Shown piece by piece: positions 45,084 through 54,796 of a DNA stretch of 64,000 nt. Below the pieces are notes generated by a model. It saw nothing but the letters and a program-made list of their open reading frames with translations. It did no database searches and had not been told where the DNA came from. The stretch is from Bacillota bacterium. GTDB taxonomy: Bacteria > Bacillota_I > Bacilli_A > RF39 > UBA660. The position numbers and the translations under genes were made by a program. The stretch spans positions 140,104 to 204,103 of the forward strand of contig SVAH01000001.1 of NCBI GenBank assembly GCA_015059485.1, read 5' to 3'. How positions within the stretch are numbered: position 1 is the stretch's first letter; each line of letters opens with the position of its first letter.

Positions 45084-45575
45084 ATGATAAATAAACAAAG
45101 TTTATGGTTTGTAACACTTTTCAGCATGATACTAGTACTATCAATATATTATGTAACAATGAAAGAAGACTCTTTTACAAGTGTTAAATCTTTCAATGCA
45201 AATGATAGTGAACAAGTTAACGTAACTGAATCAAGCGCACTTGTAGCACTAAGGGTTAAAGATGATGAAGAAATGTTAAAAGAAATGCAATCTTTACAAG
45301 CAACGCTTTTAAATGACAAGGCTACTTTAGAAGAAAAAAACAAGGCCTATGAATCACTTCAAATTATTAATGAAAATAAAGGAAAGGAATCTGAAATAGA
45401 AGAAATTATTTTGAAAGAGTTTAATTTAGATTCATTTGTAAAAATTAATAATGATAGAATTAACATAACTATTGATTCTAGTGAGCATGATGCAAAACTT
45501 GCAAATAAAATAATGAATTCTATTCAAAGACTTTATAATAATAAAATGTATATAACAGTTAGATTCCAAAAATAA
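45084..45575 (+). CDS. spoIIIAH: stage III sporulation protein AH-like
   Basis: KQSLWFVTLFSMILVLSIYYV N-terminal anchor, central E/K-rich linker and C-terminal ...INITIDSSEHDAKLANKI....V.F, co-linear with B. subtilis SpoIIIAH. Confidence 0.7.
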   Translation: MINKQSLWFVTLFSMILVLSIYYVTMKEDSFTSVKSFNANDSEQVNVTESSALVALRVKDDEEMLKEMQSLQATLLNDKATLEEKNKAYESLQIINENKGKESEIEEIILKEFNLDSFVKINNDRINITIDSSEHDAKLANKIMNSIQRLYNNKMYITVRFQK

Positions 45576-45656
45576 AGTTTAGGCTTATTCTCTCACTTTA
45601 AAAAGAAAATGTCATACTATAAAATAGATGGATTATAAGAAAGTGAGGGATATATT

Positions 45657-45863
45657 TTGAATAATAAAATATTGACTGCTCGTGAAAAAGAAGTTTTCAA
45701 TCTTTTAATATTAAATAAATCTACAAAAGAAATAGCAATCTCCTTAGGTATTAGTGAAAAAACAGTTAGAAATCACATATCTAATGCTATTCAAAAACTC
45801 GAGGTTAAAGGACGCGCTCAAGCAGTAGTAGAACTTTTAAAATTAGGAGAAATAAAATTATAA
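45657..45863 (+). CDS. gerE: LuxR/GerE family DNA-binding protein
   Basis: 68 aa, LTAREKEVFNLL...STKEIAISLGISEKTVRNHISNAIQKLEV. TTG start. Confidence 0.8.
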   Translation: MNNKILTAREKEVFNLLILNKSTKEIAISLGISEKTVRNHISNAIQKLEVKGRAQAVVELLKLGEIKL

Positions 45864-45913
45864 TTAGATGAATATATTTCATCTTTTTTTAATAAAATTA
45901 ACTAGGTGATTTC

Positions 45914-46879
45914 ATGATTAAAAGAAATATTAAAAAAAGGCTATTAATTGCATCTATTTCAATGTTGATACTTGGAATTACTTATATATTTCCAGCTACA
46001 AATAGTACTAATAATATTAATCAGACCTTATCTTACATTGAACCTAATAAAACCACTATATACTTAATTGATAATAAAAATATGGTTGCTAGGGTAAATA
46101 CTATTATAAAAAATAGTAATAGCAATGATAATGATGTTGAAACAAAAGCTAAGAATATAATTAATTCTTTAATAATAAACGGTGATAATTCTAAATATAT
46201 ACCTAATGGATTTAGTGGCATAATTCCTAAAAATACTAAAATTCTTTCAATTAGTTACGATAAAAATATTTTAAAAATTAATTTTAATGATGAAATATTA
46301 AAAGTTCCACAAAATGACGAAGAAAAGATGATTGAAGCATTAATTTATTCTTTAACTGAACTTGAAAAAGTAAATGGTATCATGATTTTTATTAATAATA
46401 ATCTTTTAAAAGAACTTCCCAATTCTAATAAAATATTGCCTGATGTTTTAGATAGGTCTTATGGAATTAATAAAATATATAATATAAATGATATAAAAAA
46501 TACCACTAAAACCACTATATACTATTTTAGTAAGTGTAAAAATTTTAAATACTACACTCCTGTTACCTATGTAACTAATGATACTAATGATAAAGTTGAA
46601 ATAATAATTGAAAGATTAAAAAGTTCTCCTATTAATCAAACTAATTTGATGAGCTATCTTGCATCAAATGCAGAACTACTGGATTATCAGCTTTTAGAAG
46701 ATAGTATTAATCTATCATTTAACAATGCAATATTAAATGAACTCGATAACAAAAAAATTATAGAAGAAGTAAAATACTCTATTGGTCTTTCTTTGAGAGA
46801 CAATTTTGATGTAAAATCTGTCAGTTTTAATGTAAATAATGAAAAAATTGAAGATTTTTCACTAAATGGGCTTGAATAA
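45914..46879 (+). CDS. gerM: germination protein M-like (GerMN domains)
   Basis: N-terminal anchor plus two repeats of the GerMN pattern (...LSISYDKNILKINFNDE.., ..INLSFNNAILNEL..). Sits beside gerE and the ger receptor operon. Confidence 0.55.
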   Translation: MIKRNIKKRLLIASISMLILGITYIFPATNSTNNINQTLSYIEPNKTTIYLIDNKNMVARVNTIIKNSNSNDNDVETKAKNIINSLIINGDNSKYIPNGFSGIIPKNTKILSISYDKNILKINFNDEILKVPQNDEEKMIEALIYSLTELEKVNGIMIFINNNLLKELPNSNKILPDVLDRSYGINKIYNINDIKNTTKTTIYYFSKCKNFKYYTPVTYVTNDTNDKVEIIIERLKSSPINQTNLMSYLASNAELLDYQLLEDSINLSFNNAILNELDNKKIIEEVKYSIGLSLRDNFDVKSVSFNVNNEKIEDFSLNGLE

Positions 46880-46919
46880 TTGCCCATTTTATTATATAAT
46901 CTATTTGTCCGGTTGAAAT

Positions 46920-46996
46920 GTCCTCGTAGCTCAGCTGGATAGAGCATACGCCTTCTAAGCGTACGGTCGCAGGTTCGAATCCTGCCGGGGACACCA
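46920..46996 (+). tRNA. tRNA-Arg (anticodon UCU)
   Basis: GTCCTCGTAGCTCAGCTGGATAGAGCATACGCCTTCTAAGCGTACGGTCGCAGGTTCGAATCCTGCCGGGGACACCA. It folds as a cloverleaf with anticodon loop CTTCTAA and an encoded CCA. Confidence 0.9.
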
Positions 46997-47007
46997 CTTA
47001 TGATTAT

Positions 47008-47036
47008 AAACGACTTTATTACAAGTCGTTTTTTGT
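47008..47036 (+). terminator. rho-independent terminator after tRNA-Arg
   Basis: aaacgactt / aagtcgttt stem followed by tttgtat. Confidence 0.65.
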
Positions 47037-47078
47037 ATACCTGCCAATATTTAGTAAATAATAAAAATGGTGATATGC

Positions 47079-48497
47079 ATGGACATAATTAAAAGCATTA
47101 AAAATAATTTTAAAGATACGCCTGATCTAATTATTAAAGAATTAGAATATAATAATAAAAAATTATATTTAGTATATTTAGAAACTGTCTCAAGCTCAGA
47201 TAAAATTAATGAATATATTTTAAAAAATTTAAACTATCTCATAAGTATAAATAAATTAAAAAATATTAATAAAAATATACCTGCTCCAAATATTAAAAAT
47301 ATAGAATCTTACGATAAAATTGAATATTATTTAATTAATGGCTTTTCAATTTTGATATCTGAAAGTACTATTATCGCAATTGAAACTCGTGCTGATATAA
47401 ACAGATCTATATCTTCTCCAGATGTAGAGCAATCATTATTTGGACCTAAAGATTCTTTTGTTGAAAATTATCAAATGAATTTAGGACTTATTAAAAGAAG
47501 AATTAAAACGAGTAACTTAAAGACTATTGAAATGGATATTGGAAAGATATCTAAAACAAAGATTGGAATTGCATATCTTGAAAATATAGCTGATATTAAT
47601 AAAGTAAATTATATTTACAATACTCTATCAAAAGTAAATGTTGACGGTGTTATTGATTCATCAGAACTTGCGCAATATTTAATCGAAAATGACACAACAT
47701 TTCCTACAATTACATCAACAGAAAGGCCTGATAAAGTATCCAAAAGCTTACTTGAAGGAAAAATAGCAATAATATTTGATACATCATGTTATGTACTAAT
47801 CCTCCCTACTTTTTTAGCAGATTTTATAAATCCACCAATTGATAATTATAATAAAAATATAATATTTAACTCGCTTAGAATTTTAAGAACATTTTGTTTT
47901 TTTATTACTATTATATTTCCTGGATATTATATTGCACTTATAAACTATAATCAAGAAACTTTACCAACAAGCTTACTTTTAAAATTTTCACATCAAAGAA
48001 TTGACGTCCCATTCCCATCCATTGTAGAAGCATTAATTATGCTTTTTATTTGTGAAATGTTAAGAGAAAGTGATCTTAGATTTCCATCATCTTACAGTAG
48101 TGCTGTTTCAATACTTGGAGCATTAATACTTGGCGAAGCAGCTGTTACGGCTGGTATTGTATCACCTATTATGATTATTGTTATTGCATTTACATTTATC
48201 ACTAGTCTTATGTTTGTTGAGCCAGAAATAATAAATGCAATAAGACATTTTAGAATCATATTTTTAATTAGCGCATCGGTTTATGGTATATATGGAGTAA
48301 TACTTGCACTTCTATACTTTTTAATACACTTATGTAGTATTAAAACACTAAATTATCCATATTTTTATCCTGTTGCCCCATATGATAGATATTATTTTAA
48401 AAAACAGTTTATAAAAAGTGATTTATATAGAGACAATAGAAGAAGTAAATTAATAGCATCTAAAAACTTAACTAAACAAAGGAATGAACTATTATGA
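47079..48497 (+). CDS. spore germination protein, GerA/KA (A-subunit) family
   Basis: Conserved ...SPDVEQSLFGPKDSFVENYQMNLGLIKRRI... and a C-terminal 5-TM region typical of GerAA. Start at ATG 47079. Confidence 0.85.
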   Translation: MDIIKSIKNNFKDTPDLIIKELEYNNKKLYLVYLETVSSSDKINEYILKNLNYLISINKLKNINKNIPAPNIKNIESYDKIEYYLINGFSILISESTIIAIETRADINRSISSPDVEQSLFGPKDSFVENYQMNLGLIKRRIKTSNLKTIEMDIGKISKTKIGIAYLENIADINKVNYIYNTLSKVNVDGVIDSSELAQYLIENDTTFPTITSTERPDKVSKSLLEGKIAIIFDTSCYVLILPTFLADFINPPIDNYNKNIIFNSLRILRTFCFFITIIFPGYYIALINYNQETLPTSLLLKFSHQRIDVPFPSIVEALIMLFICEMLRESDLRFPSSYSSAVSILGALILGEAAVTAGIVSPIMIIVIAFTFITSLMFVEPEIINAIRHFRIIFLISASVYGIYGVILALLYFLIHLCSIKTLNYPYFYPVAPYDRYYFKKQFIKSDLYRDNRRSKLIASKNLTKQRNELL

Positions 48498-49546
48498 AAA
48501 AAATATTAATAATTACTATATTACTATTTTTATGTACTGGTTGTTATGATTATAAAGAACTAAATAACTTAGCAATTATAAACGGAATAGCTCTAGATTT
48601 TGATGAAAATTCAGATGAATACACCACTACATTTGAAATATTAAATGATAATAGTGAAAAAAACTTATCCTATTTTACAATTGGTAAAGGGAAAACACTT
48701 ACAGAATCTTTTAATAAAGCAAGCAATAAAATAAATAGAATTCCTTTCTTTTCACATTTGAAAATAATGATATTATCGGAAAATTTTGTTGACAATAATA
48801 GTTATGAATTAATAGACTTTATAACTCATAATAAAAAGATAACAAACATGTTTTATATCTCTATTGCAAAAAATAACACCGCTAATGAATTAATAACTAG
48901 TGAAAGTTTCAATGACGAAACAGTATCTAATAATGTCTATACGCTAATAGATAACAAGGATTTAACTAATAATATTTCTCTTAAAGTTGATTTCAATAAA
49001 TTTGCCTCGCTTACTATAAATAAACGACAAGATTTATACTTGCCAGTTATAAAACTGAATAAAGATAGAGTTCAATTAGACGGAATAGCAATATTTAACA
49101 ACAAAAAATTTATAGAATACTTAAATGAAGAAGATAGCAAAATACTAAATATTTTGTTTAACGAGGCCAAAAATTCCTATTTTGAATATTCATGTACAAA
49201 TAATAAAAAAATAATAATAAATATATATAAGCAAAAAGTAAATTTTACAATTACTAAAAAGAAAGTCAAAATAAATATAACATTGCTTGCAGATATTGAA
49301 AAAAATGATTGCGAAAATATCATAAAAGATAATAAAGAACTAGAAAAAAAATTTGATATAATACTTAAAGAGAAAATTAATAAACTAATAACTAAGTTCA
49401 AAGAAAAAAATAGTGATATTCTTGGAATAAACTATATGTACTATAAGAATAACAATAAAGATATTAAATTTAACAAGTTAATATATGATATAAAAGTAGA
49501 TGTTAAGCTTAACAATAATGGAATAATTATAGAGGTGAAGAAATGA
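48494..49546 (+). CDS. Ger(x)C family spore germination lipoprotein
   Basis: Lipobox-like LFLCTGC, CYDYKELNNLAIINGIALD N-terminus typical of GerAC. Overlaps both neighbours by 4 nt. Confidence 0.8.
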   Translation: MKKILIITILLFLCTGCYDYKELNNLAIINGIALDFDENSDEYTTTFEILNDNSEKNLSYFTIGKGKTLTESFNKASNKINRIPFFSHLKIMILSENFVDNNSYELIDFITHNKKITNMFYISIAKNNTANELITSESFNDETVSNNVYTLIDNKDLTNNISLKVDFNKFASLTINKRQDLYLPVIKLNKDRVQLDGIAIFNNKKFIEYLNEEDSKILNILFNEAKNSYFEYSCTNNKKIIINIYKQKVNFTITKKKVKINITLLADIEKNDCENIIKDNKELEKKFDIILKEKINKLITKFKEKNSDILGINYMYYKNNNKDIKFNKLIYDIKVDVKLNNNGIIIEVKK

Positions 49547-50565
49547 TAACTAATAGGCAAAAAAACTTTATGGTAATATTCTGCTGTAATTCTCTATTTT
49601 TAGGATTAGGATATTTTATTATATTTAATACAACAAACAATAATTCTTTTATATGTTCTTTAATAGGTGGTCTTTTAGGTTTACTATTTACATTTATATA
49701 TAAAATTTTTCTTGAAAAGAAAAAGGATAAAAGACTTACTGAATTTTTAAATGAATATAACACATTAGGAAAAATAATAAGATTATTACTAATATTATTA
49801 AGTATAGCTATCACCCTTACAAATATATTTATAATAAAAGAATTTATAAAATCTTTTTTTCTAATTAATATGCCATCATTTCTTATAACTTTACCTATTT
49901 TATTATTAATAGTATATATCTCTTTTAAAGATTACAATATACTTGCATACATTTCTGAATGTTTAATACCAATTTCATTAGTTTTAACTATATTTATATT
50001 TATTGCATTAATCTTTAAAGCCGACTATTCAAATTTAAAGCCATTCTTTTCCAGTAATACAATATCCATGATTAAATCTATTTTTTATTACTTTGTATTA
50101 TCAACTTCTCCATTACTACTTCTAAGTGATATAAAATTTAATAGTTATAATATATCAAATGTATATTTACTTAACTCAATTATAATAACTATCACAAGCG
50201 TATTAATAACGGGAATACTAGGAAATTTTTTAACTAAAACATATAGATTTTTGGAATACATGATATTAAAAAATATACAAATATTTAACTTTATAGAAAA
50301 AATAGAGAATATACTCTCTATTTCTTGGATTATCAATTCTTTTTTACTACTATTCTTATCAAGTCTATTTCTTAAAAATTTATTGCCTAAAAAATATAAT
50401 AACTACAGTCATTTTTTTATAATTCTTACAATAAATATAATAGTATGTACTTTAATGTCTAATAGTTATTTTGAACTAATTAATTTATATATACCCTATA
50501 TATTAGGCTTTTTACTAATATCAATAACAATATGCTTTATAATTATTAACTTAAAACATATGTAG
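49543..50565 (+). CDS. spore germination permease, GerAB (B-subunit) family
   Basis: 340 aa, about 10 TM helices, third gene of the A-C-B germinant receptor operon. Confidence 0.75.
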   Translation: MITNRQKNFMVIFCCNSLFLGLGYFIIFNTTNNNSFICSLIGGLLGLLFTFIYKIFLEKKKDKRLTEFLNEYNTLGKIIRLLLILLSIAITLTNIFIIKEFIKSFFLINMPSFLITLPILLLIVYISFKDYNILAYISECLIPISLVLTIFIFIALIFKADYSNLKPFFSSNTISMIKSIFYYFVLSTSPLLLLSDIKFNSYNISNVYLLNSIIITITSVLITGILGNFLTKTYRFLEYMILKNIQIFNFIEKIENILSISWIINSFLLLFLSSLFLKNLLPKKYNNYSHFFIILTINIIVCTLMSNSYFELINLYIPYILGFLLISITICFIIINLKHM

Positions 50566-51466
50566 TGTTATATATTCTAGGATCAGAACAATATTTCATT
50601 ACATATTTATTATTTTCTTTTGCTATTATTATTCCTATTGTTTTATCTTGATATATTGTTTTTATATTTGTATCTACATAATTCATGTATACTTGTATTT
50701 GTCCAATATGTTCTTTTTCTAATTTTGTTGTTTTTAGTTCTACTACTACATATGAATTATACTTTATATTAAATAACAATAAATCTATATAATTATAAGT
50801 ATTACCCATTTTTATTTTATATTCATTTTCTATAAATGTAAAACCATCACCTAGTTCTTTTAAAAATGTAGGTATTTCTTCAAGGATCAATTCTTGTAAT
50901 GCTTTTTCAGATATATTTTCATCTTTCTTAGTATTCTTTATAATTATTGGATTCTTTACAAAATCTGCTATTTCATATTCTTGTGTACTATCTAAAGATA
51001 ACTTATGCTTTGTCTCTTCACTTAATCTTTCATATTCTTTTGATTTTATCTTTTCACCTAACTGCCTATAACTCAAATGATACTTTTCACATATATCAAT
51101 ATAATATTTTATTTGTCCATTATCTTTTAAAGTAAATAATTTTTTATAATGATTCCAACTTAAATTGAAATTGGCACGCAATGCACGCCATTTTATGTTA
51201 TTAATAAATAAAAAAAATTGTCTCATCTCTCTTAAAGATCTTTCACTATATTTAAGTCCTGTTTCTTTTAATAGTTTAATAGAATATTCTTTAATTAGAC
51301 CATTACCATATTTTGCTCTTTCTTCTCCTCCTTGTGCTTCAATTAACATCTTACCTACATTATATTTAGTTTCAAGTTCACTTTTATTAATTGAATATTC
51401 TTTTACTTTCTTTGTTATTTCATAGTTTAATAGTTCTTTTTTTATTTCATTATAATAGTTTTCCAA
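50546..51466 (-). CDS. YhcG-like PDDEXK nuclease domain protein (DUF1016 family), second copy
   Basis: Co-linear with 7576..8466 (YYNEIKKEL...VGKMLIEA...IDLLLFNIKYNSYVVVELK). Its 3' end overlaps the gerAB 3' end by 20 nt (convergent). Confidence 0.65.
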   Translation of the reverse strand: MENYYNEIKKELLNYEITKKVKEYSINKSELETKYNVGKMLIEAQGGEERAKYGNGLIKEYSIKLLKETGLKYSERSLREMRQFFLFINNIKWRALRANFNLSWNHYKKLFTLKDNGQIKYYIDICEKYHLSYRQLGEKIKSKEYERLSEETKHKLSLDSTQEYEIADFVKNPIIIKNTKKDENISEKALQELILEEIPTFLKELGDGFTFIENEYKIKMGNTYNYIDLLLFNIKYNSYVVVELKTTKLEKEHIGQIQVYMNYVDTNIKTIYQDKTIGIIIAKENNKYVMKYCSDPRIYNTTYVLS

Positions 51467-51584
51467 AATAAAAATCTCCTTTCATTTGTTTTTGAAGAGT
51501 ATCCTAACACATGAAAGAAGAATATTTTGTCGAAATATATCTAAAAATTCAATTTTTCTTTAATATCAATATGTAAATATCCAA

Positions 51585-51615
51585 CTTTTAAAAATCACTT
51601 ATCTCTAAGTGACTT
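51585..51615 (-). terminator. terminator after the Tad-locus distal gene
   Basis: tcactta / taagtga stem with a 4-nt loop, U-rich tail on the minus strand. Confidence 0.45.
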
Positions 51616-51628
51616 TATTATATATTTT

Positions 51629-53008
51629 TTAATTTTGTCTCCATATCGCTTTTAATGTATGATCATTTGCTTGAACTACTGTTGTATCACTTGTTATATA
51701 GTATGGCTCATATTCTGTTTGTGTTTCTCCTAATTCAATCATTAAATTTTTAATTGTAGTATACGTACCATCAGGCATCGAGCCCTCTTGATATATTGTA
51801 AAGCTCCTTGTATCTTGTGGTAAAACCCTTTTTCCATTTGTAATGTAAAAACTTGAATAATCACTAAGCTGACCATATATTTGAAATGGTGCAGAATATG
51901 TTCCGTTATAATCAACCAACTCCCATGATGTATAAAAATTCGTATTAGCAGGAATTACAATTGGCATCGAATTAGCGTATCTTTGAGTAATACTATTTTT
52001 AGTTATTGTATATGTATTATCAGCGTTTTTAACAAAATTTTGATTAATTACTGAATCAACATCAAACAAATTTTTACCATTCCATCCTAGAAAAGTATAT
52101 CCTTCTCTTACTGGCGTTGGTAAATTATCATAGTCTTCATGATATTTCACTTCTTTACTTGCAGTATCTACAGTTCCTCCATTTGCATCAAATGTTACTG
52201 TATATGTACTTGGTTCCCATATTGCTTTTAAAGAAATATCTCCTTTAGTAAATTTAGGTATTACTAAGTCTTTTTTTAAATATGATTCCCATTCTGTAGC
52301 AGTATTCCCTTCTTCTAGTTGGATCTTACATATGCCATCATATACCTTTAATTCTAAACCTAGATTTTTATCTTCATCAATTGTAAACGTTTTAGAATAA
52401 CTTGAAACATTTCTTAAATCTCCATTTGTTAATTGGAAAATTATATTATTACTATCATCAAAAAGAATCATATTGCTCCATATAGCAGCTTCATTTGTTG
52501 CTTGCTTTGAATAATTTAAAGAAATCGTATATGTTCCAGCAGGTAAAGAAAATTTATAATTTGAATTATTATAATTCCAACCTCTACCATCTGAACGATT
52601 TTCACCAGATATCTCTGTATCATTAACAAATCTTAGACTAGAATTTGTTGGATATAATAATTTTTCATAGTCTAAAAGATTCCTACTAAAACCTTCCCAT
52701 CCCTTAAATGTATATCCTTCTTTTACTGGATTAGTTATAGTTGTTTCTTCTACACTTGAATAAGTTGATGGATTTGATACTCCATCTGGAAGAATTCCAC
52801 CATCTAAATCATAATTAATATTATATACATAGCTTCCTATTTTTGCTTTTATTACATCGTTCGATTCTGTTAATCTATAAAAAGCATGTGATTTGTAAAT
52901 CATAAAATACAGAGTAAAAAATAAAAGAACAGAAAATGATATAAGTAATATTTTGATATTTGGAGTATTTGATTCTTTTTTAAATCTTTCAAGTTTCAAA
53001 TCATTCAT
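51629..53008 (-). CDS. membrane-anchored protein with Listeria-Bacteroides (Flg_new) repeats
   Basis: N-terminal TM helix. YNINYDLDGG...GYTFKGWEG and YTVTFDANGG...GYTFLGWNG are repeat signatures. Last gene of the Tad cluster. Confidence 0.65.
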   Translation of the reverse strand: MNDLKLERFKKESNTPNIKILLISFSVLLFFTLYFMIYKSHAFYRLTESNDVIKAKIGSYVYNINYDLDGGILPDGVSNPSTYSSVEETTITNPVKEGYTFKGWEGFSRNLLDYEKLLYPTNSSLRFVNDTEISGENRSDGRGWNYNNSNYKFSLPAGTYTISLNYSKQATNEAAIWSNMILFDDSNNIIFQLTNGDLRNVSSYSKTFTIDEDKNLGLELKVYDGICKIQLEEGNTATEWESYLKKDLVIPKFTKGDISLKAIWEPSTYTVTFDANGGTVDTASKEVKYHEDYDNLPTPVREGYTFLGWNGKNLFDVDSVINQNFVKNADNTYTITKNSITQRYANSMPIVIPANTNFYTSWELVDYNGTYSAPFQIYGQLSDYSSFYITNGKRVLPQDTRSFTIYQEGSMPDGTYTTIKNLMIELGETQTEYEPYYITSDTTVVQANDHTLKAIWRQN

Positions 53009-53070
53009 ACTCTTTACTCTCCTTTACTGTATATAATATTATATCATTTTTTCTTATTCTATATCAAGCA

Positions 53071-53772
53071 TTATCCAGTTATTAATTCTATTAGTACAGG
53101 TGATAAAATTATTAAAAGTATTAAAGGTATAAATAGAAGCACTGATACAATGCTTATCTTAGTTGGCAATTTAGCTATTCTAGCCTTTATTTCCATTAAT
53201 TCCTTATTTCTTAAATAATCTAATTGATTATTTATTGAATTTATTATATTACTTCCAAAAATAGAAGATTCTGTCATATTTAAAATAGTATTATTTATAG
53301 TGTCAGATGGAATCCTTTCTTTCATAGCTTTTAGACTTTCAATTAAACTTTTACCCATCTTTACTTCACTTAATGTCTTTTTAAATTCTTTAGAAAGCTT
53401 ACTATCTACATTATTTGCTGTTATTTCTAATGCTTGTGATAATGTTCTCCCACTTTCAAGTGTTAACTCTAATATTTCAAAAAAGAATATTGCTTCATGT
53501 TCAAGCTCTAGGCCTCTTTTTTTAGTTGGATAATCAATAAGTAAATATGTTATTCCAATATAATATATTAAAGTAAAAAGAGGTGCTGTAATATAACTAT
53601 ATTTAGAAAACACACCAAATAATATAAAAATTAATAAACTACCAATCAAACGATAATATAAAAATTTTCTTACATTTAATGTTGTATCATCCGATAATAA
53701 TTCTATTTTAACATTATATTTTTTTATAATCTTTTTTGGATATATTTTATCTATAAAACTACGTTTTTTCAT
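53071..53772 (-). CDS. tadC: Tad pilus inner-membrane platform protein TadC-like (T2SSF)
   Basis: 233 aa, T2SSF-type domain between TM helices, adjacent to tadB/tadA. Confidence 0.7.
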   Translation of the reverse strand: MKKRSFIDKIYPKKIIKKYNVKIELLSDDTTLNVRKFLYYRLIGSLLIFILFGVFSKYSYITAPLFTLIYYIGITYLLIDYPTKKRGLELEHEAIFFFEILELTLESGRTLSQALEITANNVDSKLSKEFKKTLSEVKMGKSLIESLKAMKERIPSDTINNTILNMTESSIFGSNIINSINNQLDYLRNKELMEIKARIAKLPTKISIVSVLLFIPLILLIILSPVLIELITG

Positions 53773-54773
53773 TATATCTCCACCTTTAATAACTTTTTAA
53801 TAACATATATATACATCGCATATAAACTTAGAATCAAAATTAATATTCCAAATCCAATTGAAGATGAAAATAATGGTAAGAAGTACTGATTGTTTAGTAC
53901 AGTTATTAACGCTACAAAAATAAGTGGTAAAAGAGCTAATATTCTAAAGACAAATACTGATGAAGCAGTTAAACTACTTAATTCCGTTTTTAGTTTTTTC
54001 TTATCAAAAAATGAGTTTTCTATCATATTAAATACTTTTATAATATTACCGCCTGTTTTATTTAAAAGAGTTAAGGACGATGCAATATATTTAGCATCTT
54101 CTATTTTTACTCTGTTATAGAATCTACTAAATACTGTATCTAGTGATAAGCCATAAGAAATATCTAAAGATATTTTTTTAAATTCTTCAGCAATAGGTCC
54201 ATCTAACTCTGTTTTTACAGTTTCTATTGCTTGCATGATATTCCTTCCAGATTTAAAAGAATTATTCATTATTATAATCGCTTTAAGCAAATCATCTTCT
54301 ACACGTTTTTTATTTCTATTTCTTCTGTATACAATTATTATATTCGGAGTAAAATATCCAACTATAAAGCCAATTAGAATCTTGATAAAATCAAAACTAA
54401 ATCCTTTTACAATAATTGTAAAGAAAGTACAAATAGATAGGAATATACCAACTAATATTTTAATTGAAATAAAATCTAGACCATTTCTAATTCTACCATT
54501 TACCTTTGAATCTCTATCAAACTTACTACTATGTTTTTCTATTACCTTAGAAACATTTATTAGTTTACTTACTTTATAAACTAATTTAAAGAAAAAAGTT
54601 GCAATTTTTTCATATAAAGATACTTCTCTATCATTTACAGATAATAATGAAAAATCAGAGAACTTTTTTTCATAATCATATGATTTTAAAGACTTTATCA
54701 CTTGCATTGCTATAAATACTAAAATAAGTACTATAAATGTTTCAGTAAGTATTATTAAAAGTGTATTTTCCAT
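53772..54773 (-). CDS. tadB: Tad pilus inner-membrane platform protein TadB-like (T2SSF)
   Basis: 333 aa, T2SSF-type domain (AIIIMNNSFKSGRNIMQAIE...), TM helices at both ends. Confidence 0.7.
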   Translation of the reverse strand: MENTLLIILTETFIVLILVFIAMQVIKSLKSYDYEKKFSDFSLLSVNDREVSLYEKIATFFFKLVYKVSKLINVSKVIEKHSSKFDRDSKVNGRIRNGLDFISIKILVGIFLSICTFFTIIVKGFSFDFIKILIGFIVGYFTPNIIIVYRRNRNKKRVEDDLLKAIIIMNNSFKSGRNIMQAIETVKTELDGPIAEEFKKISLDISYGLSLDTVFSRFYNRVKIEDAKYIASSLTLLNKTGGNIIKVFNMIENSFFDKKKLKTELSSLTASSVFVFRILALLPLIFVALITVLNNQYFLPLFSSSIGFGILILILSLYAMYIYVIKKLLKVEI

Positions 54774-54796
54774 TATTATCCTCCCTTTCTAATTAT

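Noticed and set aside
46687-46947. 86-aa minus-strand ORF overlapping the gerM 3' end and tRNA-Arg
   Set aside because: It overlaps a clear tRNA cloverleaf and is antisense to gerM.
49527-49814. 95-aa minus-strand ORF at the gerAC/gerAB junction
   Set aside because: It is antisense to the translationally coupled germinant-receptor operon.
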